Below, piece by piece: positions 60,451 to 62,648 of a DNA stretch of 62,648 bases. Origin of the DNA: a virus; IMG/VR virus record IMGVR_UViG_3300008988_000001, one strand, 5' to 3'. The notes under the pieces are model-generated. The model did no database searches. It was given only the letters and a program-made list of their open reading frames with translations, and had not been told where the DNA came from. Each line of letters begins with the position of its first letter. The stretch's first letter is position 1. The translations under genes and the position numbers were made by a program.

Positions 60451-62648
60451 AAATCAGACTGAAAAACCTTAAAGGAATAAAGGCCGGTCCCGAATTAACG
60501 TGGGATGGGCTCGATGAAATAGAAGTAGACTTCACGGGTAAAACTGGGCTTCTCGCCTTCTCTGGAATAAACGGAGGCGGTAAATCAACCCTGATTGAAA
60601 ACCTTCATCACTATCCGCAGCTGGTCAGCCGGGGCGGAGCATTATGGCAGCATGCCCTTGGCCGGTCGGCTGAAAAGGAATTCATCAGCACGTTCATGGG
60701 CCATGAATACCGGTCCTTAATCAAGATGGATGCCGAACAGGGAAAGCAGGAAGGATATCTCTGGATCGATGGAAAGTCGGTAGTAAACGGTAAAATCACA
60801 TCCTACAAAGAGAAGGTCAACGAAATATTCGGACAGCCGTTTACTTATTTTCGTTCACAGTTCTGCCCTCAGAAATCGAAAAACACACAGGGCATGCAGA
60901 TTGAAAACATGACGGCGGGAGTTTTCCGGGAGCTTCTGCAGCAGTTTCTTAATCTTCAGCGATACGCGATATGGTCGGACACGTCAAAGCAGGCTGGCGA
61001 CATTCTTTCCGCCCAGGTTGCACGGTATGATGCTGATCTGGAAGCCCTGAAAAAAAGAATAGAGGGAGCGCAGGGAACGCAGGAAGAGATTGCCCGGCTA
61101 ACCGCATCGCTTGCCGAGCAGAACGCAAATAAGGCCAGCCTGAGCGAGAAATTGACCGACGCGCAGAAGGAGCGCGAGGGCCTGAAAGAAGTTATCGCCA
61201 GAAATGAAGTGTATCGCGCCCAGGTTGAAACGATGAAAACAGTCCTGCAGGAAATGACCGACAATAGAGATCGGGAAGATATTGCCAACGGAAAGACATT
61301 AAATTCGCTACGGGAGCAATACTTATCTATCATAAAAGAAATAGCAACAGTTGATGCAGTCCTGGCCAATGAAGCGGAAATCATGGCCGCTGCGGATAAA
61401 GAAAAGGAACTGACTACGAAGATTGACGGCCTCGCCGCCGCGCTGGATTTACTCAACGATGAGATAACCGTCACTCAGGGTAAAATTCACGATCTCGAAC
61501 TTGATAAATCTGAGTTAAATAACCGTATCTCCGGTCTGGATAATGATGAAGTTCTGCATAGTCTGGATAATGCCATTGCTCAGAATAACGCCAGCATCAA
61601 CCTGAAAGAAACTGCAATAAGGGATTTGGACGATAATGAAATCGTGCGCGTTCTTTCTGATTTCATCACTGAGAAAAAAGTCATTATCACAGATAAAGAA
61701 ACGGCCATCAAAGATATCGGCAACGACCGCGAACTTATTGATATGGCCAATCAGATTGATAATTATAAAGAGAAAATAAAGGGACTGGATTGCACAGATC
61801 CCCGTTGTCCTTCTGAGCGCAATACCTGTGAATACATTACCGGCGCACTGGCCGCGCGTGAAGCACTCCCTGAAGCTGAAAGAAATCTGCAGGAAAGAAC
61901 TTATGTCCTCGAAAAAAGCAAATCGTCATTACGGACGGAAATTGCAAACTTTAAAGAGGAGGCTGCCAAGGCCGAAACAGAAAAGAATAGCCGTCTTGCG
62001 GTAATCGAGAATGAGAAGACCAGAATACGGAAGGAGATTCAGGGATTTAGAAAGGCGATCACAGAGGCAACTTTTGCCAAAGATGCCCGCCGCAAAGTTA
62101 TTGAGGAGGACAAATCTCGCTTACTTACCCAGGTACAGGAGAAGGACGCAGAAATAAAGTCCGCAAAATCAGCGCTTACCGAAAAAACGGACCTGCGGGA
62201 CACGAAAAGGCAGGAACTTGCAACAAAGCGTTTTGACCTCAATAAATGCAAAGACCTTACCGCTCGGCAATCAGAAATCGCCGTCGCCAAAAGTCAGAGG
62301 GTAGACCGTGAAAAAGCCCTGGAAGAAAACAAAAAGCAGGGAGTGACGGCATCCGCCGAATGGACCACACGGGCAGCGTTTCTTGATGAGCAAAGAACCG
62401 CCCAGCAATTAAAGATCAATGAAATTACGGCGTGCATCAGCGAAACGGCAGCCGAAGAACTCAAGTCAATCGAGCGGAATATGGGCTTTGCTGTGATATC
62501 AATTAAAGAAAAAGACGAAACAATTTCAGAAGTAACCACCAAAATTGCCGCGCTTCAAGCTGAACTTTCCGGGATAGAGGCGGCAGAAAAGGAAATCAAT
62601 CAGCTGCAGGCCCAGCGGGGAAAGCTGGTCTCGAAAGTTGCCCGCTGG
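60447..62648 (+). CDS. sbcC: SbcC/Rad50-like ATPase, N-terminal ATPase lobe plus long coiled coil. Open at the window end, continues at nt 100. Not listed in the ORF track.
   Basis: ATGA overlap with the sbcD stop. Walker A GINGGGKST, then about 600 aa of coiled coil with a central CTDPRCPSERNTC (zinc-hook-like). There is no stop before the window end, and the frame matches 100..594. Confidence 0.85.
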   Translation, partial: MKIRLKNLKGIKAGPELTWDGLDEIEVDFTGKTGLLAFSGINGGGKSTLIENLHHYPQLVSRGGALWQHALGRSAEKEFISTFMGHEYRSLIKMDAEQGKQEGYLWIDGKSVVNGKITSYKEKVNEIFGQPFTYFRSQFCPQKSKNTQGMQIENMTAGVFRELLQQFLNLQRYAIWSDTSKQAGDILSAQVARYDADLEALKKRIEGAQGTQEEIARLTASLAEQNANKASLSEKLTDAQKEREGLKEVIARNEVYRAQVETMKTVLQEMTDNRDREDIANGKTLNSLREQYLSIIKEIATVDAVLANEAEIMAAADKEKELTTKIDGLAAALDLLNDEITVTQGKIHDLELDKSELNNRISGLDNDEVLHSLDNAIAQNNASINLKETAIRDLDDNEIVRVLSDFITEKKVIITDKETAIKDIGNDRELIDMANQIDNYKEKIKGLDCTDPRCPSERNTCEYITGALAAREALPEAERNLQERTYVLEKSKSSLRTEIANFKEEAAKAETEKNSRLAVIENEKTRIRKEIQGFRKAITEATFAKDARRKVIEEDKSRLLTQVQEKDAEIKSAKSALTEKTDLRDTKRQELATKRFDLNKCKDLTARQSEIAVAKSQRVDREKALEENKKQGVTASAEWTTRAAFLDEQRTAQQLKINEITACISETAAEELKSIERNMGFAVISIKEKDETISEVTTKIAALQAELSGIEAAEKEINQLQAQRGKLVSKVARW
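62550..62648. repeat. Terminal direct repeat, identical to 1..99
   Basis: Exact 99-nt identity with the window start. Confidence 0.95.

Noticed and set aside
1-62648. CRISPR arrays, diversity-generating retroelements, retrons, IS elements/transposases
   Set aside because: I saw no regularly spaced direct repeats with unique spacers. No ORF has reverse-transcriptase (YxDD) or DDE/HUH transposase signatures. The only recombinase is the tyrosine integrase. The paralogous tail genes are similar only at protein level, not as a TR/VR nucleotide pair.

Overview
The window looks like one complete, circularly permuted genome of a temperate tailed dsDNA phage. The first 99 nt (1..99) are identical to the last 99 nt (62550..62648), which gives a unique length of 62,549 bp. 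An SbcC/Rad50-like gene runs in frame across that junction (60447..62648, then 100..594).

Genome layout:
- Two early arms diverge from an immunity island at about 53.4-56.7 kb. They converge on an integrase and an attP-like tRNA 3' fragment at about 10.6 kb.
- Leftward arm (minus strand): cro-like gene, structured gap, cII-like gene, YdaU-type replication gene, small genes, terS, terL, portal, scaffold, major capsid, about 20 virion/tail genes including a 3,259-aa giant protein, then the lysis cassette (holin candidate, lambda R-like endolysin, embedded Rz/Rz1 spanins).
- Rightward arm (plus strand): operator-flanked promoter, about 410-nt untranslated GC-rich leader, small Acb2-like ORF, SbcD/SbcC, C5-methyltransferase, SF2 helicase, DUF1064 nuclease, Gp37/Gp68-like protein, AT-rich small ORFs, tyrosine integrase.
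- Immunity island between the arms: CI-like repressor, a membrane protein plus a DUF4124 protein, and a HicB-HicA pair.

The spanins and DUF4124 argue for a Gram-negative host. I recognised no tail tube, sheath or classical tape-measure gene, which suggests a podovirus-like virion with a giant ejected protein.

Most interesting observations:
1. The 3,259-aa polyvalent virion protein with two HExxH modules and a PLxRFG-like C-terminus.
2. A C5-methyltransferase with seven tandem TRD-like modules.
3. Two near-identical promoter/dual-operator modules that bracket the immunity island.
4. An unexplained roughly 360-410-nt noncoding segment flanked by 11-bp direct repeats, upstream of a candidate cyclic-nucleotide sponge.
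5. Duplicated tail cassettes, one carrying a transglutaminase-like cysteine protease core.

All functional calls rest on motifs read by eye and recalled family signatures. No database search was run.
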